A stretch of 64,000 nt of DNA from Zancudomyces culisetae HAW-14-8 (lineage: Eukaryota > Fungi > Kickxellomycota). The DNA lies in contig JBNJNM010000021.1 in the NCBI GenBank assembly GCA_052426225.1, forward strand, positions 868,001 through 932,000, in the 5' to 3' direction. The notes under the pieces are model-generated. The model was not told where the DNA came from. It searched no databases and saw only the letters and a list, made by a program, of their open reading frames with translations. Position numbers and translations under genes: made by a program. This document shows, one piece after another, positions 33,615 through 46,490 of the stretch (within the stretch, counting starts at the first letter, position 1; every line of letters begins with the position of its first letter).

Positions 33615-36538
33615 TCAAGAAAATTGTTTGGCATGGATACTTGCCGGTCCCATTTCGTTATAATCCACCTTCGTAACATGATATTTTGCATCATTCAGGG
33701 TCATCTATATTGTTAATTGTAAGATAAAAAAATACATAAACAAACGGATGCGAACCCCAACAATCCAAACTGTCGGATATATAAAAACACGAGGATTTAT
33801 GCTAAGAAATAAACAAAAAAATGAATAAGATGTATGACTCTTACCTTTGCGGCCATCATGGCTCCCAAAAACGAACAATAATGGTTGCTATTTCTCCACC
33901 CATATAGATAATCGGGAAGACTATTAAATTTACAATCTCTACTCTGGTATTCTGAAAAATGCTCGCTTTGCCCCAACACCGCCTTTTTCAATTGAATTTC
34001 CAAAACTTGGTTAAATCCTATATCACAAATAATCATTTGATTGAGAATGAGGTTCAGGTACATCCAATGTATTATTATTAAAACTTGGAAACGAAGAAAG
34101 TTCAATCCTGAGATTATTTTTCTGATACATTTTAACAACCTTCTCTTTTCCAGGCCACTGAAATAAAACTTACCAATGATTCTGGAAAAACTTCCAACAA
34201 TGCTTATACTTTCCCATAGTGGAATCCGCTTCTCAAGTTCGCAGTTAACCACAGAGTACGAAATGGCATCAACTAGTCTACTATGAGTGTATGGCTTAAT
34301 GCTTTCCGAAAACAAGAATTTCGCACATTTAAATCTCTCGTTTCCTAGCCTATACTTTTCTCCATTATATGTCACCTCTATAGACATATCCTCCTCCTTC
34401 TCCTTTTCGTTCTGTTCATTTGATTTTATTTGATTTTCGTCTTGGGGGTTCTCCACTTCATCTTCAACATAATCTCTTGCATTAAACCCACAAAAGCCGT
34501 TTTCAACCGCGTAGTGACAGAACCCCAAAAGTTTATCCCTGTCATTCCCAAATTTGGAAAACAGCTCTGGATTTCTTGTAACAATCAGGTCACAAAGATT
34601 GTTGATGATATCGATCCCACCAACCTCCAGAACTTGAACAGAGTTGGGTTGTATTTGTGAGTCTATTCCCGAGGAAATGGCTATTAAATTAGAGTGGTTA
34701 GTATCTGTGCATAAAAGTTCTGGTGTTTACATTTTTAGTTTTTTATATCCATATTTTAACTTACTTGTTCGATATTTTGATATTTCTATTACTATCCCTG
34801 AAACAGCGCTATACCCAAACAGTGCCATCACTGGTCTGTCCATAATCACAATCGCAGGAACATTAAAGTCTTCAAAAAACATCTTGGTTAGCAATTCGCG
34901 TTCGTATTTGGTCCATCCAACCGGCACACTTAGCAAAACTGGTGAATCGTTGTTGATTATTGAAATCTTTAGTCGCTGGATCAAAATACATTTGCTATTT
35001 TTTCGTTAATGATTTGATGTGTTCAGTTGTATAGATATTTGAGTATTCAATTGCTGTCATAATATTTTTAAATAAGCTAATAGTCCCTACCAGAAATCTC
35101 GGAATGCTTCCCAGTTACATATAACTCCTTCTTTTATGATACCTTCTGCCCTTATGGGCTCGCTCAACCCAATTTTCTCGATATCATCCCCAACTATACA
35201 TTTTTGTTTGTACACTTTCTGTTCCACAACCATGTCGTTTTCGTTCGGCTGTTCAACTTCGGGTTTTGGTTCTGAATCAACTTCCATTTTTTCTACCTGG
35301 CTATCCACCTCCATCATCTCTTCGATTTTATTTTCCTGCTCCGCCATATTGTTTCCTTCATCCTTGCCACTTTTTTCAACCTTTTTGTTCTCAAACCTGT
35401 CTACTTTATATTCAATATTAATATTTGACTATTAATTCACTTTTAAATTTTTTTTGTTTTTTTAAAACCCCCACCCAAAGAGCAACTCTAGTAAGAAAGA
35501 GTCGAGACTTTATAGAGATAAGAACCATGTGTTAACTTTTTTTCAATTCATAACACCTTTGGTTAATAGTAATAGTGTGTGTACTTTTAACCAAAATACC
35601 TTTAGCTTCGCTTGTATCCAACGTACTAATATTCGATACATCCGCCGATCCTTCACCTGCCTCAACATTAGCGCTAGCCTCTGGTGTTTTTATGGCATCA
35701 GCAACAACTGTGCCCTCCGATTTTTGCAGTTGTTCAATCTTTTCTTTTGGTTCTGTATTGTTGTGAGCCTCGGTAGATTTGCTTTCTATTCGCCCATTTA
35801 GGATATCTTTGGCGTCACCACTTTTACCCACGGTATCCAAAGATTGAACAGCACCAGCCAAATTACTGTTTTTCTCGGGTTTTTGGTTTTCCGAATCTCC
35901 CATTTCTACCCTTTTTTGCTCTCCTTCCAGAGTAAGATTATTTCCTATTTCCGCAGAGAACTCGCCTTTAGGCTGGTTATCGCTTTTTTCACTGCAGAGA
36001 ACGGTTTCTTTGCTCCCTACCATTTCTTCCTTTTCATTCCTATTCTCACATTCCATCCGCTCGATATTCCCTTCATCCTCGTTCGTACTACGTTCCGTTT
36101 TTTCATTACTTGGTTCATCTAAACACAATAAAATTTAATCAAATTAACACTTGAACCTTACTAGAAGGTCTACTAATACAAAAATTTGTAAAGACCTACC
36201 ATTATCTTTGACTGAATTCTTGCTTATCTCATACGATTCGGCCAGTTCCTTGCTTTTGGCATCCTCCTTTAATTCTTCATTGAAGTACCCGACCACGCTT
36301 TTGACTCTCTATAAAATCACATTGGTGTTTTTGATTTAGAGCGAATCTTAGTCGAATTAAATGTATTTCTGCCAATGAAAATACCAAAAGTCAAGCCATT
36401 GTAATTTACTTGGTTATAAATACACATTTTACTTACAACATGTGGTTGTACATTTAGATTATTTACTCCCAAGATTGCAGTCGTCTCATACTCATCAAAT
36501 TCTATTACAATGTATCTGTTCTCTCTGAATATATACAT
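33615..36538 (-). CDS. ARP9: Nuclear actin-related protein, Arp9-like (SWI/SNF-RSC), multi-exon
   Basis: Exon 1 MYIFRENRYIVIEF (36437-36538); IIKEGVICNWEAFRDF; SPVLLSVPVGWTKYERELLTKMFFEDFNVPA; LGNERFKCAKFLF; KRIPLWESISIVG; SFLGAMMAAK; last exon HVTKVDYNEMGPASIHAKQFS*. Confidence 0.75.
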
Positions 36539-36945
36539 TTTCGCTACCAATCTTTCTCACTTGCTTCTTTCATGAGATTTTCACCTGTAAACGTTTTATA
36601 ATGCACTGATCCTATTGTATATTTTTTTATAACGCAAATAGCAGCAAAATAAAAATAAAAAATTAACCAAAAACGATTAAATACTTCAAAAATAAAGAAA
36701 TCGAATACACGCGAGTTCTAACTTTTTCGTGTAAACAATGCCCGCGAATGCAAATGCCAAAGTTTCCTCTACCACAAAATCGATTGTTTGGATATTCTGA
36801 TTTGGGATATACTATTTGTAAAGACCAGCTATTACTTCAGTTATACAATCCATCATAATCGTACTTTTACATTTTATTAATTCACTGACAACTTCACTGC
36901 AAAGTTTTTTGATCCATATTACAGTATTTATTAATATTTATTCAA

Positions 36946-39900
36946 ATGAAGGAGTATCTACCAGAAGACGGTTCATTGGAAATACCAGATTCCGGCGAAA
37001 AATACCACTTTCCGTTTGAACCATACCATGTTCAACTTGGTTTTATGAAGAATGTATTTGAAGTTTGCGAAAACGGAAAATTTGGGATCTTTCAGAGTCC
37101 CACTGGTACAGTTAAGTAGTTTCTGTATTATGGATAGAGATGTCAAAGATTTTCAAACGAGTATGACTGTATCCACAAATTTGTAAACCCACCAATTAAA
37201 CGATTATTATGTTATTATAACAGGGAAAGACGCTCAGCTTACTCTGTGGTGTATTGACATGGGTAAAGCTAGACCAAAACAGGATTGAACATGCTACTTT
37301 TAAAATAGATAACGGTATGTGTTCTGAATACTAAACTCTTTTTTCTCTTGACTGGAATATATTAGAGATTTCAATTACTATAATGATTTATCATTTCTAT
37401 TAGTATTATTCAGCAAATCGCCCATATGCTTCTATCATCCCTTTTATAATATAGGAAAAGAGCCTAGTTGGATTATGAAACAAAAACGAGAAAAAAGAGA
37501 TAGGGAACGTAAAGAAGAATACAAAAAACAGCTTGAAAAATATGAAAAGTGGGTTAAAAAAATACGAGAACTAGAAATGGCTGAGTGCAAGAATAGTAGG
37601 AAGCTCTTGTTTGTGAGTAGGCAGGTATGGTTTTGCATTCTGTGAGATCTATTATAAATTTATCCGCGAACAACGGAAACTATTTTAAAATCGAGTGTCT
37701 TTTAATTCAGATCATAAAAAAACATGTTAGGCCAACATCAAGAGCAAAAATGATACGGGACTACAACATGAAGAGAACAACACATGCGAGAATGAAAACG
37801 AAGTTCTCGAAGATTATAATAGTGACCCAGAAGTTGATGCTGGCTCAAAAGATAAGGATGTTAAGCTATGGCTAAAATCGTAAGAACGCTTACTATTTTT
37901 ATAGATTATAGATACATGTGCTTTTATGTATTCACTATCCCGCTAGAACTTCTTTATGGGTTGCATTTTTTAAGCGGGTTTGTTATGATTACATTTGTTA
38001 TTTTCAACTAAAAACTTTTTTTTTATAGATATAACAGTGGTGCTATTGATAAAGGATTTGAAACTAGCTCAGATGAAGACGATGATTATTTCTCAGGGAA
38101 GGGGAGGGGAAAGGGGGTTATGTTTCCTACTGAACCGGATACAAGACAGGTTGGTTTGTTTATTCTTTGTGTTTGTATGATACTTTACTTTGAGCTAGGT
38201 AACTTTTATTGTATGATATTTTGTTTCATGTAGCTAAATTTTGTGTTGATAGGTTATATATGCATCGCGCACACATTCGCAACTATCTCAAACCCTAAAA
38301 GAATTTAAGAAAACGCGGTTTTGGACAGAAGATGTTATGAAGGCAGTAACAGTTGGATCTAGGCAACAATTATGCATAAACAGCAAAGTCACGAGTTCAT
38401 GTACGACTGTTGGGCAAATTAATGAAAGATGTATTGATCTTCAAAAGTCGACTACACCAAAGGCTAGAAGATGCCCTTATCTAACCAAAGAACACACACC
38501 GATGCTTGATTTTGCTGCAAAATGCAGGAGTGATGTATTAGATATCGAAGATTTGGTTGTAGTTGGTAAAAGCATGGATGTGTGTCCATATTATGGTGTG
38601 CGTAGAGCGTTAAGTGGATCCCAGCTTATTGCGGTCCCTTACAACTTGTTGCTAGTAAAAGAATCACGAGAAGCGCTTGGGTTGAATATAGAAAATACAA
38701 TCGTTGTTATCGATGAAGCACACAACCTGATTGAGTCTATTGCAAATGCATACGGATCTACTCTCAAGTGGGAAATATGTAAACGAGCTCATGATCTGGT
38801 TAAGATGTATTTTGACAAGTATTGGAAGCGGTTGAAGGGTCAAAACATAGTGTACATTCGACAGTTGATTACTCTACTGAAAATGATAGATAAATACTTT
38901 GCTACCAATGCGAAGGTTCTACAGCAGAGCAGAAATGCATACAACGAAAAAACGAACGATACCACAGTAAATACACCCTCTGGTGTACGTTCTGCAAAGG
39001 GTTCTAATGTCAATGTACACGTGATGAATACTAATGAGTTGTTGACACAGCTAAGGATAGAAAACATTAACTTGCCTAAGTTGGTTAGGTTTTTACAAAT
39101 TTCTCAACTTTCTCGAAAGCTTTCTATGTTTAACGACCGAATTGAGTCTATGAAGCAGGAGGCAGAAGCTTCGAAAATTCAAAATAGCAATTCAAACAAA
39201 CGCGCACGCACAGAATCCTGTAAAAAAAACATTTCTGGTGCCGAATTGGAAAGAAGTCAAACGAGGAACATTGAAAACCAAGGTTATAGGCTTGAAAGCG
39301 CCATCTCACCGATGGCAGCTTTATCTGCAGTTGAATCATTTATGTCGTGTTTGGGGATTTCTAACTCCAATGCCGGAAGAGTATTCTTGACACTGAGCGT
39401 GAACGAAGTAGCTGATGGTCAACTCTCATTTGAGGGAGAGCTGAAATACGTTTTAATGGATCCTTCTGATTCATTTTTTGATATAATTACGCTTCCTAGA
39501 GCGGTAATCTTGGCTGGCGGAACTATGAGTCCTATGGATGATGTAGTTGTACAGTTAGGTCTCAATGCAACAGAGCCCTCTCAGGAAACCACGGGATTAA
39601 CGAATCGTCATTCAAGTACAGACCCCTCGTCTAAGGCTACAACTCACGCTCTTAAGGTTGATAGCATCCAAAAGCGAAAACCGGTACATATCTTTGAATG
39701 TGGGCACGTGGTCCCTAGCAGTAGCATTTCGATGAACATCATCGGCTATGGAACTGGATCCAGTGAGCTGGTTTTGAATTTTTCAAACCAAAAAAACTCA
39801 AAACTTGTAAGTTTCTAATCTGTAGTATGTACAACTCATATATTCAAAACTTTTAGCTGTATGTAATAAAATTGAACCTTATAACATGTAATTTTATGGT

Positions 39901-41139
39901 TGTACTAATATAAAAAAATAGGTTGCTGAACTGGGAGAGTCTCTGTTTAGAGTCATAGATCCAATCCCGGGTGGTGTTGTAGCGTTTTTTCCTTCGTATT
40001 CATTCTTAAACAATGCTGTAGCCAACTGGTCAAATTCGGGTATTATCAACAAAATAAGTTTGAAAAAAAAAGTATTTATTGAGCCTAAAATATCCAACAG
40101 CCGAACCACGCCTACCATTGATGGTGGAAATTTCTCATATACTGCACCCCATGAGAATAAAAGGGTCGGGAAACCAGAAATGGCCTCTGGCAACGTTCAG
40201 GGTGTGCTTGCGTCATATGGGAGTGCAGTTAGAAGAAACAACGGTGCCATTTTGTTTGCAGTAGTGGGAGGGAATATGAGCGAGGGTATAAACTTTTCTG
40301 ATGAACTAGCAAGGTATTTATATAGATTTTATTGTTTATCGGCCGTACATTATATGAGTTGGTTGGTTTCAAAACCGGACCGACATATTAGTATACACAT
40401 ATATACCTAACTTTTGCCTTTCGGGTATAGGGCAGTAATTATGCTAGGAATGCCATTCCCAAATCTTGGATCACCTGAACTTGTTGAAAAAATTAAGCAC
40501 TACCAAAACAATCAAAGTTCAGGACTGTTCAAAAATACAAGAGCTATACCTACTCAAACCGCTCGGCAGGGGTATATTGATAATAACCCTGGTGAGTTCA
40601 AAATGGACTCAATGGGGCTGAGCTACTATGAAAATATGTGTATGAGGGCTGTAAACCAATCCATAGGTAAAGTGAACAATTCTTTTTCCTTTTAATTTTT
40701 TTTTTATTCGCTTTGACGGTCAGTTCATTTCACCTATAATATATTCAACTTGTCAATACTTGGTAATAGGGAGAGCCATAAGACATATTAATGACTATGC
40801 CACCATTATTTTGATGGATAAGCGATATTCAAATCCTAATATTTTCAAAAAACTTCCGGTGTGGGCCCTTGGAGCGGATACGACTAGTCAGAACATGTCA
40901 GCAGACACTCTAGTTAACAAAAGGTACCATTTTTAAATGCGCGTATATATACCAGCAACACGAAGTACAGACGATTTTAAAAAACACTATTTTTTATTAT
41001 CCATTGCCTCTGAATACCAAATAGGTCGCCTGAGGTACTTGATGTTGAGTCAGCTCTTAAAAAAATTAATCTTTTTTTTCGACAAAACTTCTACTCTCAT
41101 CGTTCCTCTTTCTCCTCTGTGGCCAGTCAGGGCATGTAG
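36946..41139 (+). CDS. CHL1: XPD-family Fe-S DNA helicase Chl1/DDX11, multi-exon
   Basis: [14 protein letters not shown]; FQSPTGT|GKTLSLLCG split by an intron; [11 protein letters not shown]; Fe-S cysteines (LCIN, NERC, RCPY, CPYY); IDEAHNL; AGGTMSP; FFPSY; [12 protein letters not shown]; MRAVNQSIG|RAIRH. Confidence 0.9.
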
Positions 41140-41677
41140 TGGGAAAATAACAGTCATTTAGCCCTCTGAGGGGTTCAGTAAGCGCTTCTAACAACAAATT
41201 AGCCATTTGGGCGCAATTTTATCATGGTAAAGTAGATATGCTTTCTGTTGTGTTCATTTTGGTTTAGGTTTTGGTTTTGTTTTTGTTTTCAAAGTTTAGG
41301 AATTCTTGAGAAACAGAATCCAACTAAAGGTTCTATCACCATCTTTATTATTTATCATCATTACAATCTAAATCAAACCAAACAAGGCGCAACAAAAATC
41401 GATGTGTTTGTTTACATATACTTTATAATGAGGATAATCGCTATTATACTTTACAAATTATACCACTCTGAGCTATAGTGATGGAAATATATCACGCACT
41501 CCACCTCCTTCCTTTCTCCACTTTTCTTTATTTTTGTTTAACTGTGCTTGTTCCTCAAGAGCCCAGCTATGAACTAAATAGAGAGGGAAATATGGGTAGC
41601 CGATACCTGCTACCTGCTACCTACTACTGCCCCTGTTACCAATCGGAAACTGACATTTAGTAAAGTGAAGTAACACT

Positions 41678-41689
41678 CCCCCCCCCCCC
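41678..41689. repeat. Poly-C homopolymer
   Basis: cccccccccccc. Confidence 0.85.
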
Positions 41690-42344
41690 AGCCTTCATTA
41701 GGCATTCCGGCATTTTTTAACAGGGAGTTTCAAAGCAAAAAAATAAACTCATGATAAAATTGAGCACAGAACGTGATGCATCTATGACATTTAAATAAAC
41801 TAAAGGGTAGCGTTAAAGCGGGGACATTAATGGGCAAAAGGCGGAAGTGTACCAAGGAGGGATAACATGTGCCAATAAAAACACGCTAAAAATGGCTACA
41901 GCCCAAGTTACAAAGAAAAGTCTATCTATAACTAATCCAGCGTTAACCCCCAAATTCGAAAAAATTAAAATGAATAATAAAATAATTCTATATCTCCAAA
42001 AAATGTTAAATATAGGCGCTCAATAGTCAATCATTTTAATTGTCCAAAGCGTTGTTAGTTTATTATTGGACTTTTTTCGACCTTAACCTATTTAAAACCA
42101 AAGTGCAGAGGGAAAAATGTACATCATGATTTGGAAATTGCAAAGTTCGTTAATGTGGTTTGCAAATTTTGCACACGATAGCACCTGTTATTGGTGGAGT
42201 TGGTAAATTACATTGCTCAAAATAACTGAGTCCGAAATTTAAACAATTAGATGGAAAAAATAAAAGCAAAAACAGAAAACAAAAAAGCTAGTAATCTAAA
42301 AAAAAGCCCCCCTTCTACCAGAAAGTGATGGAAAGAAATGTAAT

Positions 42345-42455
42345 TGATTTACGTGGAAATTACTTTTTGCATGTAAAATGTAAATTATTTAGAAGGAAAA
42401 AGTTTAAGGAAAAAGCATTCTTGGAATAACAAATAGGCGGAATTAGTTTATAAAA
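42345..42455 (+). promoter_or_regulatory. Putative BiP promoter: UPRE-like TACGTG(G) at 42350-42356 and TATAAAA at 42449-42455
   Basis: tgatttacgtgg and tataaaagggg about 250 and 150 nt upstream of the ATG; ACGTG core is typical of Hac1/XBP1-type sites. Confidence 0.4.
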
Positions 42456-42596
42456 GGGGTGTTGGAGTATAGAAAATTTTTTTCTACAAGTTTGTTTAAG
42501 ACTATAAATAATCTTTCTTGATACTCTTTTTTGTTTACTTTTACGTTAAGCTAGTATTTTATCCTTGGAAAAGAGATAGAAGAGGGAAATAACAAA

Positions 42597-44588
42597 ATGA
42601 AGGTATCACTATATTCAGCAGTGAGATATGCACTGCTTTGTACGCTTGGTCTCTCTGTGGTAAGCACAAAGTCAGATGAGGCTGAAGACTCAAAGGGAGC
42701 AAAGCACAACTATGGAACCGTTATTGGTATTGATTTGGGAACAACATACTCTTGTGTGGGAGTTCACAAAAACGGACGGGTGGAAATTATTCCAAACGAC
42801 CAAGGAAACCGAATCACACCTTCAGTTGTTGCCTGGACTTCAGACAATGAGAGGCTTATTGGTGATGCAGCAAAGAATCAAGCCGCATCAAATCCAGAAA
42901 AGACTTTGTATGATTCCAAGCGATTGATCGGTATGAAGTACAAGGACAAGGATATCCAGAGTGACATGAAGCACTGGCCATTCAAAATAAGATCTGTAAA
43001 TGAGAAGCCAGTTTTTGAACTAGAGATCTCAGACTCAAAGGAACGTTTTACACCAGAACAGATTTCAGCAATGATTTTGTCAAAGTTGAAGGAGGACGCA
43101 GAGGCATATTTGAACACCAAGATTACCCACGCTGTAGTAACTGTCCCAGCATACTTTAACGATGCTCAAAGACAGGCAACCAAGGATGCAGGAAAAATTG
43201 CTGGACTTGAAGTAATAAGAATCATTAACGAACCAACAGCAGCAGCTATTGCCTATGGACTGGACAAGAAACAAGGTGAAAGACACATTTTGGTATTCGA
43301 TCTTGGAGGTGGAACATTTGATGTTTCATTGTTGTCTATTGAAGAAGGAGTATTTGAAGTACTTGCAACATCAGGTGATACACACTTGGGAGGTCAAGAC
43401 TTTGATAACAACCTTGTCAGCCACTTTGCCGATCGTTTCAAGGAAAAGAATGGAGTAGACCCACGCAGTGATAAGAAAGCTATGGGTAAGCTCAAGAGCG
43501 AAGCTGAAAAGGCCAAGCGCAACTTGTCATCACAAACAAGTGTAAGAATTGAAATCGAAAACCTTTACAAATCTAAGGACTATTCTGATACCCTCACAAG
43601 AGCCAAATTTGAAGAACTCAACAATCATTTGTTCCGTAAAACCTTGGTACCAGTAGAACAAGTACTGAAAGACGCAAAGAAGGATAAGAAAGATATTGAC
43701 GACGTTGTCCTTATTGGTGGTTCTACTCGTATTCCACGTGTCAGAAAGATGTTGGAAGACAAGTTTGGAGTAAAGAAGATCAACAAGGGAATTAATCCAG
43801 ATGAAGCCGTTGCTTACGGAGCAGCAGTTCAGGCCGGTATTTTGACTGATCAAGAAGGCACAACCGAAATGATTCTTCTCGACGTCAACCCTCTAACTCT
43901 CGGAATTGAAACTGTTGGTGGAGTCATGGCCAAACTCATTCCAAGAAACACTCAAATCCCTACAAAGAAAACTCAAATCTTCTCCACTGCTGCTGACAAC
44001 CAACAAGTTGTATTGATCAAGGTATTTGAAGGTGAGCGCCCAATGACCAAAGACAACAACATTCTCGGACAGTTCGAACTTACTAACATTCCTCCAGCTC
44101 CACGTGGTGTTCCTCAAATTGAAGTAACCTTTGAAATTGACTCGAACGGTATCCTGATTGTAGGTGCCACCGATAAAGGTACTGGAAAGGGTGAGCAAAT
44201 TAAGATCAAGAACGATAAGGGTCGTCTTTCAGAAGAAGAAATTGAACGCATGATCAAGGATGCCGAGAAGTTTGCTGACGAAGACAAAATCCTCAAAGAA
44301 CGCGCTGAGGCCAAGAACAACTTTGAAGCCTATGTGTTCTCTGTTAAGTCATCTGTAAGCGACCCTGACAAACTACGTGATAAGCTTGAGGCAAGCGACA
44401 AGAAAGCTATCAATGATGCTGTCAAGGATGCTGAATCTTGGCTCAGTGAAAACTCCGCAAATGCCACCAAGGAGGACTATGATGAACAACGCGAGGTCCT
44501 GGAGAACGTTGCCAAGCCAATCATCACCAAGGTTTACGAGTCTGGTAAAGCTAGTGAAAAGCCTGCTGAAGAAAAAGATGAATTATAA
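42597..44588 (+). CDS. KAR2: ER luminal Hsp70 chaperone BiP/Kar2
   Basis: Signal peptide, [41 protein letters not shown]-terminal KDEL; intronless. Confidence 0.97.
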   Translation: MKVSLYSAVRYALLCTLGLSVVSTKSDEAEDSKGAKHNYGTVIGIDLGTTYSCVGVHKNGRVEIIPNDQGNRITPSVVAWTSDNERLIGDAAKNQAASNPEKTLYDSKRLIGMKYKDKDIQSDMKHWPFKIRSVNEKPVFELEISDSKERFTPEQISAMILSKLKEDAEAYLNTKITHAVVTVPAYFNDAQRQATKDAGKIAGLEVIRIINEPTAAAIAYGLDKKQGERHILVFDLGGGTFDVSLLSIEEGVFEVLATSGDTHLGGQDFDNNLVSHFADRFKEKNGVDPRSDKKAMGKLKSEAEKAKRNLSSQTSVRIEIENLYKSKDYSDTLTRAKFEELNNHLFRKTLVPVEQVLKDAKKDKKDIDDVVLIGGSTRIPRVRKMLEDKFGVKKINKGINPDEAVAYGAAVQAGILTDQEGTTEMILLDVNPLTLGIETVGGVMAKLIPRNTQIPTKKTQIFSTAADNQQVVLIKVFEGERPMTKDNNILGQFELTNIPPAPRGVPQIEVTFEIDSNGILIVGATDKGTGKGEQIKIKNDKGRLSEEEIERMIKDAEKFADEDKILKERAEAKNNFEAYVFSVKSSVSDPDKLRDKLEASDKKAINDAVKDAESWLSENSANATKEDYDEQREVLENVAKPIITKVYESGKASEKPAEEKDEL

Positions 44589-44958
44589 TCTTATTTTTCC
44601 TCCACATTCCTTTTTTTTCTTTATCATTCTATTTAGCTGGATTAAGAAAGATTAAACATATTTCATTTATAAATTTGTAAAACTGAATTTATTTTAAAAT
44701 AAATACTTTAAACTAAATGCAGATGGCCAAAAAAAAAGTTACACTTGAACCAAACCTCAGGGTGGAATAAGGTTTTTCCTAGATTGGGGGGTTAGAATGT
44801 TATCAATCTAGTGAATATCTTGCTTTTTTATGACTATTTAGATTTATTTATTTAATCTTTTAAAAAGTATAACATAAATACAAAAAGTGGCACTAAATCC
44901 CCCATTAACAGCCTAAAATTTCAGTAGTATCCATACCATCTTCAGTGTCAAAGTCTTA

Positions 44959-46490
44959 TTAATGATCCAAAATTGTTCTACACACCAAATGAACAATTGG
45001 TTCGTGTAATATCGCTCTTCTAAAAAGTTTCAAAGTATAGTAGATACAGTTTCTAGCATCAAGAGATTCAATTAAATTTGATTTTTCCTCGAATAGTACA
45101 AACCATGAAACTAGTTCAGATAGGTAATATACCCACTCGTCATCCTCATCCAAGTAGTCCCGATAATTTTTAATTGTTTTTCTCGCTATATTCTTGTTGA
45201 ATCTTGCTTTGTAGATACATGGCATCAATCTCTGAAACATTACTCCCATATACTGTCGTTTCCACACACTTCTCAATCTCGACTTTCTGTCTTACCGTAT
45301 TTAAACATTTATAAAAAGCAAACATTATTCCGATAAGCTGAGCTTCTGCATTAACGCTACTAATTGGAGTTTGTACTTTGTCTCTTACACACATTCTGTT
45401 TTTAAAGTTATAAAAGTTTATATGGCTGTATCAATTTCAGATTTTACGCTGATATTTATATTTTGTATTTTTAGATATAGCTGCGATATTGTTAGCTTGT
45501 TGCTTTTATCAAACCCAAAAATATCCAATATGTTTTGTACATAGCTATTGAGAGTGTATTTGTCTCGCTCGCTGTCTCTGATACTTCTTAACACCGGTGT
45601 AATACACTTATATATGTATTTATTGCTAGCCTGATTCATTAACTGCGTGATTCCACTTTTACTGTGTATCCTTCAGCTCAAGAGAATCATGATCGGTTTT
45701 TTTAAGCACTTTGTATTTTTGTATTGCGTTTCTATATTATCGTATTCAGTAAAAATCAAGTACTTGTGGTTGTTCTTTTTCCCCTCCTCTTTCAGTTTGG
45801 TTTCACTATTAGAACGAGTGTATAATTTCTCTAATTCACCATAGAACTGCATAAATGGTAACGACAGTATATAACTCAGGTTGTCAGTTTCCTCCTTTTC
45901 AATGATGAATTTTATAAATCTTTTCTTCGCATCCTTCAGAAATTTGTGATCCACGCTGAACACATCTTGGTCAGTAAAATCCGTCTTTATGTCTACTAAT
46001 CTGAGTTCCTCATCTTCATATATTACCTGCTTACCCTTGAAAAATACAATATTAGATGTGAGAATATTTCTGATGAATGATGTAAACATATTGTCGTAGT
46101 TAGGACTGATTTCATTTTTCTTTATTAATTCTCTATATTGAGTGTTATATATACAAGAAAAATTCATTAACAAACTTTGGTGTATATTTATGATTTTCTT
46201 GGTAAACTCCTCCCGATAATGACAGGTATATTTGTTTTGTATTTACCAGTTGTATTAATCGGATATTTATAGTTATATATACTAAGCTTTATCTATTGAA
46301 AAAGTGCTTATGATATATATTTCACTCGATTTACTTGTTGAGTCAAAAGTAATACATGCTTTTTCACTCAATAATTACCTTTTTTTTCTCGGATTCATCC
46401 ATTTCCAAAGTATTTGATTTAAGAGCTAGTATAAACCATTTTCTTACAATATTACAATTGTGTTGGGTTTGATTTTTGTATCCATCCACT
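44959..46490 (-). pseudogene. Degraded coding relic of unknown family
   Basis: Chain of same-strand ORF fragments (45673-46173, 45418-45639, 45170-45394, 44959-45276) separated by in-frame stops and frameshifts; protein-like composition. Upstream limit is approximate. Confidence 0.45.

Noticed and set aside
45673-45675. TGA as Trp/Sec (mitochondrial insertion or selenoprotein) in the relic ORF
   Set aside because: The same relic also has TAA stops and frameshifts, so ordinary decay explains it.
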